Assembly (NCBI GenBank): GCA_910583745.1
Contig: CAJTZC010000004.1
Span: 21,548 to 85,547 of the forward strand
From: an uncultured Bacilli bacterium
GTDB lineage: Bacteria > Bacillota_I > Bacilli_A > RF39 > UBA660
DNA: 64,000 nt
Reading direction: 5' to 3'
Numbering within the stretch: the stretch's first letter is position 1; every line of letters starts with the position of its first letter. The notes beneath the pieces are model-generated. The model did no database searches, was not told the DNA's origin, and saw only the letters and a list, made by a program, of their open reading frames with translations. Position numbers and translations under genes: made by a program. Shown piece by piece: positions 27,064 to 36,641 of this stretch.

Positions 27064-27687
27064 TTATTCATATTTGAACATTATTTCATATTTTCCATTA
27101 ATATATTTTGCTAAAAAGACTTTTTGTGTATATTCATCTGTGTCTTTTAATTTACAATGGACTTGACCTTTACTTTCAAAATTCCAATGGTCTGAAACAC
27201 GATAACTGTTTTCAGGTTTTGAACCCCAATCAACAACACCACCTTTTGGGATAGCATATGTTGAAAGACTAAAAGGTGAAGTGTCTATTTCAAATTTTTC
27301 CTGACCCGCTATTGTATCTAAGTCTAAAAGCGCCATTTTGTATGTTAAGTCTCCATGACCTTTTTCTTTTATTATATATTCCAATTCTTCAGAATAAAAT
27401 TTATGTTTTTCTACTTCTTTATCAAAAGCGTCAAACATCTTTTTTCTAATGGCATCCATTTTTTTAGGGTCTCTTTTTTCCCAGTCGGGCTCTTGTTTTA
27501 CATACTCTTCAAGTTCTTCTTTAGCTTGTTTAATTATATCTTTCATATTTCCATATACGGATACTTGTTCTTTTTGATTATTGCCAAACTTTCCGCTCTC
27601 TTTCATAGCTTCTGTAAGACTTTGACCTTCCTTTATAAAGACTCTGCGACCTTTTATAGTTGCCCATCTGCCTTTTAAATCGTCCAT
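27064..27687 (-). CDS. Hypothetical protein (207 aa), isolated by non-coding gaps inside the head module
   Basis: ORF flanked by 283-bp and 369-bp non-coding stretches. Confidence 0.45.
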   Translation of the reverse strand: MDDLKGRWATIKGRRVFIKEGQSLTEAMKESGKFGNNQKEQVSVYGNMKDIIKQAKEELEEYVKQEPDWEKRDPKKMDAIRKKMFDAFDKEVEKHKFYSEELEYIIKEKGHGDLTYKMALLDLDTIAGQEKFEIDTSPFSLSTYAIPKGGVVDWGSKPENSYRVSDHWNFESKGQVHCKLKDTDEYTQKVFLAKYINGKYEIMFKYE

Positions 27688-27970
27688 TATAACACCTCTT
27701 TAGATACTAAAAATGTATTTCCTTTATTTAAGCTAACTAGGATAAAACGCATATAAAAACCCGATATTTAATCGAGTTATTACCCTCAGGTCTTAACTTA
27801 ATATAAGATAAACTATAATTGGAACAAAAAATAGCAACGATAAAATTGTTAGAAGAACTCCGTTGTCCTTTTTGCCGTTTTCATAAGTCGAGGTGACTAA
27901 ACTTAATATTAAAAATATTACTGAATACCATTTAAAAATTTGCATGTTATCTCTCTCATCATAAAAACAC

Positions 27971-28243
27971 TCATTTTTTTTGAGTGTTGTATTTTTCTTT
28001 CAATTCTTTTTTTAATTTTTCTACTACGGCGTGTAATTCTTGACGTGTCATTTTTTTACCAAGGATTATTTCCATTCTTTCATTAAATTCCTTGACTAAT
28101 TCGGGATTATCATTTTTTCCGCCCGGAAAAGCGTACTTTTTTTCTTGTGTATCCATAATCTTTTTCTTGTGCCTTTCTAATATTGATATTATGTTGATAG
28201 TCTTCTTCTGTGATTTTATCAATTGAAATTGCTTGAATATCAT
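27971..28243 (-). CDS. Doubtful small ORF (90 aa) overlapping the 3' end of the 485-aa gene
   Basis: 134-nt overlap with 28110..29567 in another frame; weak support. Confidence 0.2.
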   Translation of the reverse strand: MIFKQFQLIKSQKKTINIISILERHKKKIMDTQEKKYAFPGGKNDNPELVKEFNERMEIILGKKMTRQELHAVVEKLKKELKEKYNTQKK

Positions 28244-29567
28244 CTGTTATATTGTCTTTTCGACTGAATTGATATAGATATTTTTCATCAGTTCCTCTTA
28301 AAATATTCAATTCTTTATGCGAATCCCAAAATCTCCTATCGTCACTTTCAAAAGAATAATTAGACTCTTCTATTGGATGATTATGAGTTATAATTGCGTT
28401 TGTCAAATCTATATCGTTAAATGAAACGCTATCAGTATCGCCTATGAAACGATATACCATTCCGTTCGGTTGAATTATAATCATATTTTCAATTTTTGAG
28501 TTTCGTATTGCTTTTTCATATTCTCTTAACTTTTTATCAACCTGATTAATATTTATTTTTTCAAAGAATGCTTCTTTGTTAGTTATATTATATATTTCCT
28601 CATAAGTTTTATCAACTAAATAAGTTAAAGTGCTATGGCACCAATGAAAATGATTAGTGATGGGCGGTTGGTTGATTCCCTCTGTTAAACCCATGATGTC
28701 TATTTCTTGAATAGTTAAATCCTTTGAGTTTGTTCCAACTGGCCTTTTGAATTTGTTCCTATCTTTGGTGTTAAATATCATTCCGTCCATGTATTCGCAC
28801 ATTTTTGTAACGTGTTCACACCTATCCGAAATAAACTTCATTTTTTGATTGTTATCTCCCCCGGCTTCAACTAGAGCGAGATTACCTAATGCTGTAAGAT
28901 ATTTATCTAAACCACCACTATATTTGTCATCATTTATAGAAATAAGTCTGTTTCTTTGTTTCTCAAATATTGTTTGCATGATATCACCATATACATCAGA
29001 ATTAATATCTGATTGTAGATTTATTAAATGTTGTCGTTTAATCTCTTGCATATTAGTAAGTATTAAAGCATCAATATAGTTTTTCCAAGTACAGCCGTCT
29101 ATTAACAGAGATGAAAACGAGGTAAATATGACAAAAGGTATTATGCTTTTAGGTTTCTTTCCTAACTCTTCTCTTCCTTGGTTGTAACAGTCTTTTGCAA
29201 CTTCGTCGAATATTAAGTTAATATTAGTTTCGATTGCTTCTTGTTCCTCGATAAATACTCCATACAAAAGAATTTCTAGTAAATCGATGTATGTTATACC
29301 TTTTTTGATTAATTCCTCAACATGGTATTGAAAATAGCCTTTATATAATCCTGCGTTCTTCCATAAACTTATTTTTCTTAAGAGCCTGTTTTCGTCGTTT
29401 TTAGAAATATGTTTATAGAGTGATTCGTAATTGATATTATATGAATCAAAGATTTCTTGTATCTTATCCTGTGTAACTTTGCTATATGAACTAAACCACT
29501 TTTTAAAGTCTCTTAGGTCTTCTCGAAGTAATTTCCATCTTCTATTTATAATTTCTAAATCCGACAT
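28110..29567 (-). CDS. Minor head/head-morphogenesis protein (485 aa)
   Basis: Position directly downstream of the portal, as in SPP1-like phages. Confidence 0.45.
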   Translation of the reverse strand: MSDLEIINRRWKLLREDLRDFKKWFSSYSKVTQDKIQEIFDSYNINYESLYKHISKNDENRLLRKISLWKNAGLYKGYFQYHVEELIKKGITYIDLLEILLYGVFIEEQEAIETNINLIFDEVAKDCYNQGREELGKKPKSIIPFVIFTSFSSLLIDGCTWKNYIDALILTNMQEIKRQHLINLQSDINSDVYGDIMQTIFEKQRNRLISINDDKYSGGLDKYLTALGNLALVEAGGDNNQKMKFISDRCEHVTKMCEYMDGMIFNTKDRNKFKRPVGTNSKDLTIQEIDIMGLTEGINQPPITNHFHWCHSTLTYLVDKTYEEIYNITNKEAFFEKININQVDKKLREYEKAIRNSKIENMIIIQPNGMVYRFIGDTDSVSFNDIDLTNAIITHNHPIEESNYSFESDDRRFWDSHKELNILRGTDEKYLYQFSRKDNITDDIQAISIDKITEEDYQHNINIRKAQEKDYGYTRKKVRFSGRKK

Positions 29568-29576
29568 TATCTACAC

Positions 29577-31169
29577 CTACTTTTTTAGTTTGTCAAAGTC
29601 TTGAATAACACTAGGTTTATCTTCTTGTTTTTCTTCTTCAGAGCCTTTCGCAAGTTCTCCCGGAGTTACACCGAGTTTGTTATCTGTGTTTGATGAGTTT
29701 TGACTAAACTTCTGCATGAGTTTTTGATTATCTTCAAGATTAGTCTCTGCTTCCGCTTTCTTCTTCGCTATCTCGTTTTTAGCATCTAAATCGTCTGGTA
29801 ACATGTTTATAATGCTTTCATTCGATAAAACTTCTCTCAAACTTAACGCCCTAGAAGTTTCTCCTGCTTTGTCAGTAGGTAAATTCGCATACAATATTAC
29901 ATCTACATCTCTAAAGTCATATTTCTTTCGTTTATCTTTGTTAATCTTATTAAGCAAGACTTCCCAACGTCTAATATATGCTTTTTTAAACTCTCCCTCG
30001 AATGTGGCTATTAATTGTTGTAAATTAAAAAACTTCTTCTCTAGAGCACTACTATTATCAGACTGAGTAAAGCCTAAATCTGTCATATTAGGCACAAAAG
30101 AACAAAGACAAATTAAATCCATTAATGTTTTACGATGATTTTCGACTGCAGAATCATTTATATTCTTAGTTATCCACTCAATTTTACCATCTTGGTCGAG
30201 GTAACGCACTTTAGACCTCAAAACATATTCATCTTCTAACACTCTTTTTGGATTAACTATTTCTCTACCTTCAGTGTCTAATATAATCATTTCGTTTTGA
30301 GGTGAATAACCGGTAATGGCTAGTATTGCATCGTCATTATATTCATGAATGTTACGATTATTTTGTACTATCCTTTCGAGACCTCGAATCAGGCTTATTA
30401 CTAATTCAAAGATGTTTAAGTTGTCTTCCTGTTCTATTGCTGTAAAAGGTACATCGTCACCCCACTTTGGCTTTTGAGTTAATTTCTTGTCTTTTTTAAA
30501 AGTGATTTTTTCTTCGTCGCGATTTGAGAATAACTTTTTCTTTTCTTCGGTTTCCAAATAATAAAACTTACCCGTTTTTGTGGTAAGTTCAACCATTACC
30601 TGAGTAGAACCATCAGCTAAAATAGTGTCAATTACTCTATATAAACCGATTAGATTTTTTGGCATAGAGTAATCATATATCGCTACTGTTTCAAGTGCAT
30701 CGCTTCTTGTATATACATATTCGCCATATTGGTTCTTATAATATAACTCGTAACAAGCTCTTTTAGTGAAAAAGTCCCATACCATAGACAAATGATGTGC
30801 TTTATCATCATTATAATCGGTGATATGTGCTATTATTTGTTCGATTTCTTTAAGTGCTTTCTCATCATTAAGATTAGATTCAAATAAATCTTTATTCAAT
30901 TTGCTACTATCCTCGTCAAATGCTTTGACCTTATATTTTGGTTCTTTTCCCCCAAAATAACCCGTAGCAACCACTGATATATATCTTTCAAGCGGAATCT
31001 TTATCTCTTCGTCTGTTAAACTAGCAATGTCACTGTCATTTATTTTTCGGCGAACCATATTATATAATTCTTTTCTGTTATCTAGTTCTCTACGAACTGT
31101 TGGATATAAAGCACTTATTGCTGATTCCGTATTTAATTTTTCTTCGCTATATCTTAACATTGTACTCAC
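29577..31169 (-). CDS. Portal protein
   Basis: 530 aa immediately downstream of the large terminase subunit. Confidence 0.6.
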   Translation of the reverse strand: MSTMLRYSEEKLNTESAISALYPTVRRELDNRKELYNMVRRKINDSDIASLTDEEIKIPLERYISVVATGYFGGKEPKYKVKAFDEDSSKLNKDLFESNLNDEKALKEIEQIIAHITDYNDDKAHHLSMVWDFFTKRACYELYYKNQYGEYVYTRSDALETVAIYDYSMPKNLIGLYRVIDTILADGSTQVMVELTTKTGKFYYLETEEKKKLFSNRDEEKITFKKDKKLTQKPKWGDDVPFTAIEQEDNLNIFELVISLIRGLERIVQNNRNIHEYNDDAILAITGYSPQNEMIILDTEGREIVNPKRVLEDEYVLRSKVRYLDQDGKIEWITKNINDSAVENHRKTLMDLICLCSFVPNMTDLGFTQSDNSSALEKKFFNLQQLIATFEGEFKKAYIRRWEVLLNKINKDKRKKYDFRDVDVILYANLPTDKAGETSRALSLREVLSNESIINMLPDDLDAKNEIAKKKAEAETNLEDNQKLMQKFSQNSSNTDNKLGVTPGELAKGSEEEKQEDKPSVIQDFDKLKK

Positions 31170-31174
31170 TCTCC

Positions 31175-32758
31175 TTAAATCTTTATGAATGGTTTATCAG
31201 ACATTATCATTTTTGCATTTACCTGTTCCATAATGCGATAAGCAATTGCTAATGCCATTATTAAGTCATCATGTTTACCCTGTTGAGCTTCAGGACGACC
31301 TTTTTCGTTTCTAATAAATGTTAATGCTTCTTCTAATGTTGGTATATCATTGATATTGTCTATTTCTTCTCTTAAGATTCTTACTAACTCAGCAATAATT
31401 ACTGGTCTTGTAACTAGCGTTGTTTTGAATCCATATGATTTTTCTTTTCTTCCCGTTATTTTGTCTTCTTTTTCCCTAACATATTGTTTAGGATATCTGT
31501 ATTTCTGAAGCTCTTTAATTGGATAAGAACTAAAATTTGCTTCAATGCCTAGCAGTGCTATGTTGTAGTATCTTCCTAGACAGTACATTTGCTTTGCGTA
31601 TAAATCCTCGTCTATTTTTCCCCACAGAACAGCAACTTGTTTACCTGTAAAGTTTTCTATGACTTGTCCCGCGAATTTGTCGCTACCTTCTCCTGCCGTA
31701 TCACCGCCGATTCCATATTGGATATTTGGTCGTGGTTTTTGATATATTTTAATGATTCCTTTTGGGTCATCAATCCATCTAATATTAGAGATAACATTAT
31801 TGTGAAAATCATAAACAAAAGAACCTTGTTTAATAGGTTCTTTACGTTTTCTTAATTCTTCTATTCGCTTAATTATTAGTTTCTTATCAAATATGCACTC
31901 GCCAGTACTTAAAAATGCCTCTTCTGGACATATGGGATACTCTTGATTGAAGTATTCAATGTTCCCATCACAGTTGTTCTTTATACACCATCTACGCCAA
32001 GCAAGTTGCTCATCAGTTAGATTATATAAGAGTTTTAGCTCTTGCTCTTCAGTGGTAAACTCAAATCCGTTATAAGGCATACTGTATTCATCCAATTCGT
32101 TCCAGCCTATAAACAAAGGTACAAAATCATTTTCTTTATTGACTGCTTTGTCCCACATGTCTTTAAAATCATCAAAGCCATTTGCTGTCGATTCGATGAT
32201 TATCATTGTATTTGGTAGATTTGGTACTGACTGAAGTAGACCAATGAGTTGTTCTTTTTTATTTTTACCCCAAAAGGCATATTCAGAGATGTGAAGATTA
32301 TTAAATGTATCGGAACGTCCAATTCCGTCTCCTCCAGCGGTCATAACTTTAATTTTACTTTTTAAACCTGTACCATCTTCTTTATCAAAAACTAACTCTT
32401 TAGCATTTGATGCTTTTTTATTAGGTTTTAGCTCTTGTGGCAGACATTCATACATCAGTTTACTCATGTTGAACAAGTTGTTAGTTGAATCATCTTTGTG
32501 TGCCACTATACCACTGTTCACATTAAAATGAGTTACCGTATCTTTAAAGATAATGGATTCTGTTAATGTACTGAATCCCATTTGTCGCGCTTTAAGAATG
32601 ATTATTCTTACTGGTTTATTAAGTTGCTTTTGACGTTTAATTTCGTCGTATAATCTTTGCTGTGGTTTATTTAGCTTTAATGGGACTATCTCACTTTGCT
32701 TATTTCTTATCTTAATGAACTGCTCAATATATTTTTTTGTATTAATATTCATTTTCAC
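31175..32758 (-). CDS. Terminase large subunit
   Basis: 527 aa. Walker-A-like region near the N-terminus and a nuclease-domain-like C-terminus. Its start overlaps terS. Confidence 0.7.
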   Translation of the reverse strand: MKMNINTKKYIEQFIKIRNKQSEIVPLKLNKPQQRLYDEIKRQKQLNKPVRIIILKARQMGFSTLTESIIFKDTVTHFNVNSGIVAHKDDSTNNLFNMSKLMYECLPQELKPNKKASNAKELVFDKEDGTGLKSKIKVMTAGGDGIGRSDTFNNLHISEYAFWGKNKKEQLIGLLQSVPNLPNTMIIIESTANGFDDFKDMWDKAVNKENDFVPLFIGWNELDEYSMPYNGFEFTTEEQELKLLYNLTDEQLAWRRWCIKNNCDGNIEYFNQEYPICPEEAFLSTGECIFDKKLIIKRIEELRKRKEPIKQGSFVYDFHNNVISNIRWIDDPKGIIKIYQKPRPNIQYGIGGDTAGEGSDKFAGQVIENFTGKQVAVLWGKIDEDLYAKQMYCLGRYYNIALLGIEANFSSYPIKELQKYRYPKQYVREKEDKITGRKEKSYGFKTTLVTRPVIIAELVRILREEIDNINDIPTLEEALTFIRNEKGRPEAQQGKHDDLIMALAIAYRIMEQVNAKMIMSDKPFIKI

Positions 32759-33212
32759 TCATTGCTTGTTTGAGTGTTTCTTCATAGCCTATATTTAAAT
32801 TACCGTTTATATTTGTAACATATTGACCGTCCATTTTATTTAATGTGTCTAAGGCAGTTATCTTTGTTTTTAACGTAGAAGGAAATTCTTGTTCTATTAA
32901 TTTACTATTTCCTTCAGCGTCTGTTTTTACTACTGCTGTTTTTTCTTTTATTTCTCCAGAGATAACTTGAGATAACCATTCTTTTCGTTCAATAGCACTC
33001 ATTATTGCTCTTTCTTCTGATTTATCTCTTGCTTTTTTTAAGAGTTCATCATACCTAGACTTTATATCTACCTTATTAAATAATCTAGAGGCAACTCTGT
33101 CTATTGATTCATCTTTCATCTTAGAAGCGTTATAAGATTTTTTATATGCTTCTCTTTGGGACATGCCTTTGATTAGATTTTGAACAAATTTTTCTTGTTT
33201 TATTGTTAGCAT
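32742..33212 (-). CDS. Terminase small subunit
   Basis: 156 aa. The N-terminal HTH-like region (QEKFVQNLIKGMSQREAYKKSY) is typical of P27-family TerS. It overlaps the terL start. Confidence 0.55.
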   Translation of the reverse strand: MLTIKQEKFVQNLIKGMSQREAYKKSYNASKMKDESIDRVASRLFNKVDIKSRYDELLKKARDKSEERAIMSAIERKEWLSQVISGEIKEKTAVVKTDAEGNSKLIEQEFPSTLKTKITALDTLNKMDGQYVTNINGNLNIGYEETLKQAMSENEY

Positions 33213-33559
33213 TATTTGTCACTTCCTATCGAACTAATAGCGCCAGTTTTTATGAACACGCTTAACATCTTTTCAAACTGTAATGCTATCCAGTCAATTA
33301 ATTCTTCGTTTTTGGCATAATAACTTTCGTTATCTAAACCGCTTTCAAAGAAAAATGCGTGAATAATCTCATGCCTTAATGTTTCTTTTTGACAATACTC
33401 TAAATTTTCCAAACTATCATCGACTTTTTCAAATTTTCTTATCACTATTTCTTTAATACTAAAATCTATATAACCGTTTAAGTCTTTGAGTTTTGGATAG
33501 TCTTTTTCTTCAGCGTCCATTACTATGTTGTACTCTGTCCCTAGTATGTTTGTTTTCAT
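33212..33559 (-). CDS. Hypothetical protein (115 aa) with an HEIIH motif
   Basis: ORF upstream of terS with an ATGA overlap. Confidence 0.4.
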   Translation of the reverse strand: MKTNILGTEYNIVMDAEEKDYPKLKDLNGYIDFSIKEIVIRKFEKVDDSLENLEYCQKETLRHEIIHAFFFESGLDNESYYAKNEELIDWIALQFEKMLSVFIKTGAISSIGSDK

Positions 33560-33659
33560 ATTATCAGCTCTTTCTATGCTTCTTATTAGTTTTATCTGCT
33601 ATTTTAATATATTGTGTTACCATTACACCATCCCGCTAATGTATTTATCTTTATTTTCT

Positions 33660-34715
33660 TTAATCGATAAATTCCGAATAAGAATTTCCGCATTCACATC
33701 TATAAACCATTATATCTCCATCGGGATAACTCGTATACGAGTGTGGATTTGTTTCAGTATAAGTTCTAGCATTACATGTGCTTTTGACATTTGTACAAGT
33801 ATAGGTTGTAGTGTGTGTTCCATCATTGTTGTCCGTACTTCCATCATTTCTATAAGTGTGTTCTCCGTGAAGAACAGCTTCTAGATTTTCTTTGGTCAAA
33901 TCGCACTTTTTCACATAGTCTTTTTCTAATTTGGCAATTATGTGTAATAAACCCTCTTTATTCACTAATTTACTCACTGTTGAACTAGGAACATATTTAT
34001 GTTCATGCGGATTCGCAAATATTTCGTCTATTTCATCATTTGTCAAAAATTCTAGTTCGGGAGTATCGCCTTCGGGACCTCTTAAAGATTCCAGCTGTTC
34101 AGGAGTAAAATCTTCGTAAGTAAAAGAGTCTCCCTTTTCGCCCTGAATACCTTGTTTTCCCTGTGGTCCTTGAATACCTTGTTCGCCAGGTTCTCCCTTT
34201 GGGCCTTGAGGACCAATTTCGCCTTGTGGACCTGTCTCTCCAGTATCCCCTTTTTCACCTTTTTCGCCTCTTGGCAGTACTAAACTAAGCACATTATCTT
34301 CTATGCTAGCTGCAGCTTCTTCGCCAGTTTCCACTGTTCCTATTTCTAAAGAATATCTAGATGGTCTGTCTAAGGTTGTGCCTTCAGGTAACAAAGTAAA
34401 ATAAGCCGGTGTTTCGTCTGTAAAGCCTACTAAAGTCTTTTCGTCATTTAAAGATATTTCATACCAATAATCTTTTTTTCTGTTTAACATATTCCCTATT
34501 TTCATAGTTTCAAAATCAATTTCGATTGTATAAGAATCGCAATCTTTGTCTATTGTAAATTTTTCAAATACAATTGGTTTTTCATTTAGTTTTCTTGCAC
34601 TATAAATGGCAAATGAGATTACATCATATTTTTTAAAGTCATATTCTATTGGATATACAAGCTTATCGCCTCTTTGATGATAGACTTGCTTTGTATCTTT
34701 ATCTATTTCTGTCAT
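33660..34715 (-). CDS. Collagen-like triple-helix repeat protein with a Cys-rich C-terminal domain
   Basis: Sixteen consecutive Gly-X-Y triplets (GEKGEKGDTGETGPQGEIGPQG...) and a C-terminal CxC/CxxC cluster. Confidence 0.7.
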   Translation of the reverse strand: MTEIDKDTKQVYHQRGDKLVYPIEYDFKKYDVISFAIYSARKLNEKPIVFEKFTIDKDCDSYTIEIDFETMKIGNMLNRKKDYWYEISLNDEKTLVGFTDETPAYFTLLPEGTTLDRPSRYSLEIGTVETGEEAAASIEDNVLSLVLPRGEKGEKGDTGETGPQGEIGPQGPKGEPGEQGIQGPQGKQGIQGEKGDSFTYEDFTPEQLESLRGPEGDTPELEFLTNDEIDEIFANPHEHKYVPSSTVSKLVNKEGLLHIIAKLEKDYVKKCDLTKENLEAVLHGEHTYRNDGSTDNNDGTHTTTYTCTNVKSTCNARTYTETNPHSYTSYPDGDIMVYRCECGNSYSEFID

Positions 34716-34878
34716 ATGTATCGTCCTTTCTTTGATTTTTATTTTTGACTACAACGCAGCTAGTAAGTAACATCGAAGTTACGTGAAAGGAGTTTTACCA
34801 ACCTTTGTAATCACAAATAAAAATAGAACTACGAATAGTTCTATCGTTGTGCGTGCGAAGCACATACAATATATTGCA

Positions 34879-34954
34879 TTTGGCAGTCAATGTCAGACTC
34901 GAACTGACAACCTTCAGGTATTCGCCTGCTACTCTATCCGATTGAGCTAATTGA
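34879..34954 (-). tRNA. tRNA-like gene with a non-canonical anticodon arm (possible pseudo-tRNA or unusual tRNA)
   Basis: Perfect 7-bp acceptor stem (AGTCAAT/ATTGACT), a D arm, a T arm (GTCAG-TTCGAGT-CTGAC) and encoded CCA. The anticodon region GCAGGCGAATACCTGAA cannot form a 5-bp stem with a 7-nt loop. The best pairing is CAGG/CCTG with a 6-nt loop CGAAUA. Confidence 0.45.
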
Positions 34955-35009
34955 CTATAAGGCGTCCCTATCGGAATTGAACCGAAAATCTAGAATGACC
35001 ACAGGGACA

Positions 35010-35084
35010 TGTGGTTGCCCCTCGTGGATTCGAACCACGGAATATCAGAGTCAAAGTCTGATGCCTTACCACTTGGCTAAGGAG
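35010..35084 (-). tRNA. tRNA-Gln (anticodon UUG), phage-encoded
   Basis: Manual fold: acceptor TGCTCCT/AGGGGCA with U1:A72, anticodon stem TCAGA/TCTGA, loop CUUUGAC, T arm CGTGG-TTCGAAT-CCACG, encoded CCA. Confidence 0.8.
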
Positions 35085-35480
35085 CAATAAATGTATCTTA
35101 ATAGATAGTATACTAAAGCATGTACATTGACTGCATTACTTGTTATTCTATTTGCGCTAAAACATCACTGAATAACAATACGGTAGGAAGGTGACTTACT
35201 TCCTCGCAGTATTTACCATTTTCAACATGCATTTAGTACACTCCCTATTAAGTAGTGCTCATTTCATAAAGCTGGTATGAAATGAAAAAAAATAAAAAGG
35301 GGTTGGAATATTACTTGTGTGTAATGTTCCACCAAAAATGGAACCACTAGTGTATAGCGATTCCATTATAGAAATTATAGCACAAAAAAGTGGACATTTC
35401 AATCATTTTTTTTAAATAATTCAATTTCAAAAGTAAATTGAGAAAAACGAACAATATGTACAATTTAGTCTGACATTATT

Positions 35481-35524
35481 GTTGTCAAGGGCGAACGAAG
35501 AGAGCCAGGCTCGACCCTTGACAA
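35481..35524. other. Perfect 11-bp inverted repeat GTTGTCAAGGG ... CCCTTGACAAC with a 22-nt loop in the early/late intergenic region
   Basis: Read directly; no T-run on either side. Confidence 0.5.
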
Positions 35525-35861
35525 CACAAAAAGAACATAATGGATTAAGGTTAAGCACAGATTTGTGCTTAACCTTAGTTATTGTTATAATATGTCTTGA
35601 TATTTTGCTTGTAAGAAAAAAAGGAGGTACTTTCAATGAGTACAAGTAACATATATCAAAAACATAAAATTAAATAAATAAGCAAAATATCACATCTCTA
35701 AAAGTCAATTTAATTTTGCACGTTTTTCGGCAAAACCTCTTTTGCATGAAATAATTTATTTAATTTCTTCCTTATACTACCACTTTTTTATCTTTTTTAC
35801 AAATTAAAAGTGTTGGTTTCATCAATTAAAACTTACACTTTTTTCATTTAAGGCAAATTCT

Positions 35862-36641
35862 CTATTTACTTTTGAAATTCACCTTTTTTTTAAATATGTC
35901 TATAGAGTTTATAACGTTCTTATTTTGATTTTTCGCTATTTTTCTAGCCAGTTCAATTGCACGTGTATGTTTTCTTTCGGCCTCTAGTTTTTCTTGTTTA
36001 GCGTTTTCAATTTTTCTATCTTCTTCCAACATCTCTAGGTATTCCTTTTCTACTTTTCCTTTAAATTTTTCGATTTGACGTTTTTTATATAATTCTGGAT
36101 AAAACAGTCTCTCCATATCTTCTATTGTCATCGCAGGTGGGTCAATACCAAAAGTTATGTTAAAACCATACAAATCGTCAACCTCTTTTCTGTAATACAT
36201 ATAAAACCAGTGTTCGGATATACCAGTTTTTTCAGATGCTTCTTTAACGGTATCAAATGATAATATTTTATCGCTTTGATAAGAAGATATAATTACAGAG
36301 GAATTTTTAAGTCTGTTAGAGATATATCCTTTCTTACGCATTTCCGGTGTGATTATTATCTGGCCACCTTCGTGAACATTATAACCATCATTTATGCTGT
36401 CATATTTAAATATATATTCTTGTTCTTTTTTCCATGCTTCTTCTTGAGATAAACCTTTTAATAATATAATGTGTTTGAAATTGTCCCAACCGTATTTTTT
36501 TATCGCTGAGTAAAACTTTTGTTGTCCTTTATATCCTTCTCCTTTTCTCCATCTTTTTTCAGGATTTTTAGATATTCCAACATAACATTTATTAGAATCG
36601 GATTTATTAATATGGACATACACACAATAATTTTCATTCAT
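35862..36641 (-). CDS. GIY-YIG homing endonuclease
   Basis: N-terminal YCVYVHINKSDSNKCYVGIS...W is a GIY-YIG motif. 259 aa, freestanding between the early and late regions. Confidence 0.6.
   Translation of the reverse strand: MNENYCVYVHINKSDSNKCYVGISKNPEKRWRKGEGYKGQQKFYSAIKKYGWDNFKHIILLKGLSQEEAWKKEQEYIFKYDSINDGYNVHEGGQIIITPEMRKKGYISNRLKNSSVIISSYQSDKILSFDTVKEASEKTGISEHWFYMYYRKEVDDLYGFNITFGIDPPAMTIEDMERLFYPELYKKRQIEKFKGKVEKEYLEMLEEDRKIENAKQEKLEAERKHTRAIELARKIAKNQNKNVINSIDIFKKKVNFKSK

Noticed and set aside
27971-28243. 90-aa ORF as a confident gene
   Set aside because: It overlaps the 485-aa head gene by 134 nt in another frame. Only a shorter internal start would be compatible, so it is kept at low confidence.
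33660-34715. Collagen-like gene as a host exosporium BclA-type gene
   Set aside because: It lies inside the prophage between the phage tRNAs and terS, with phage-typical coupling, so it is phage-encoded.
34879-34954. Calling this a standard tRNA with a defined anticodon
   Set aside because: The anticodon stem/loop cannot be drawn canonically, so no isotype is assigned.
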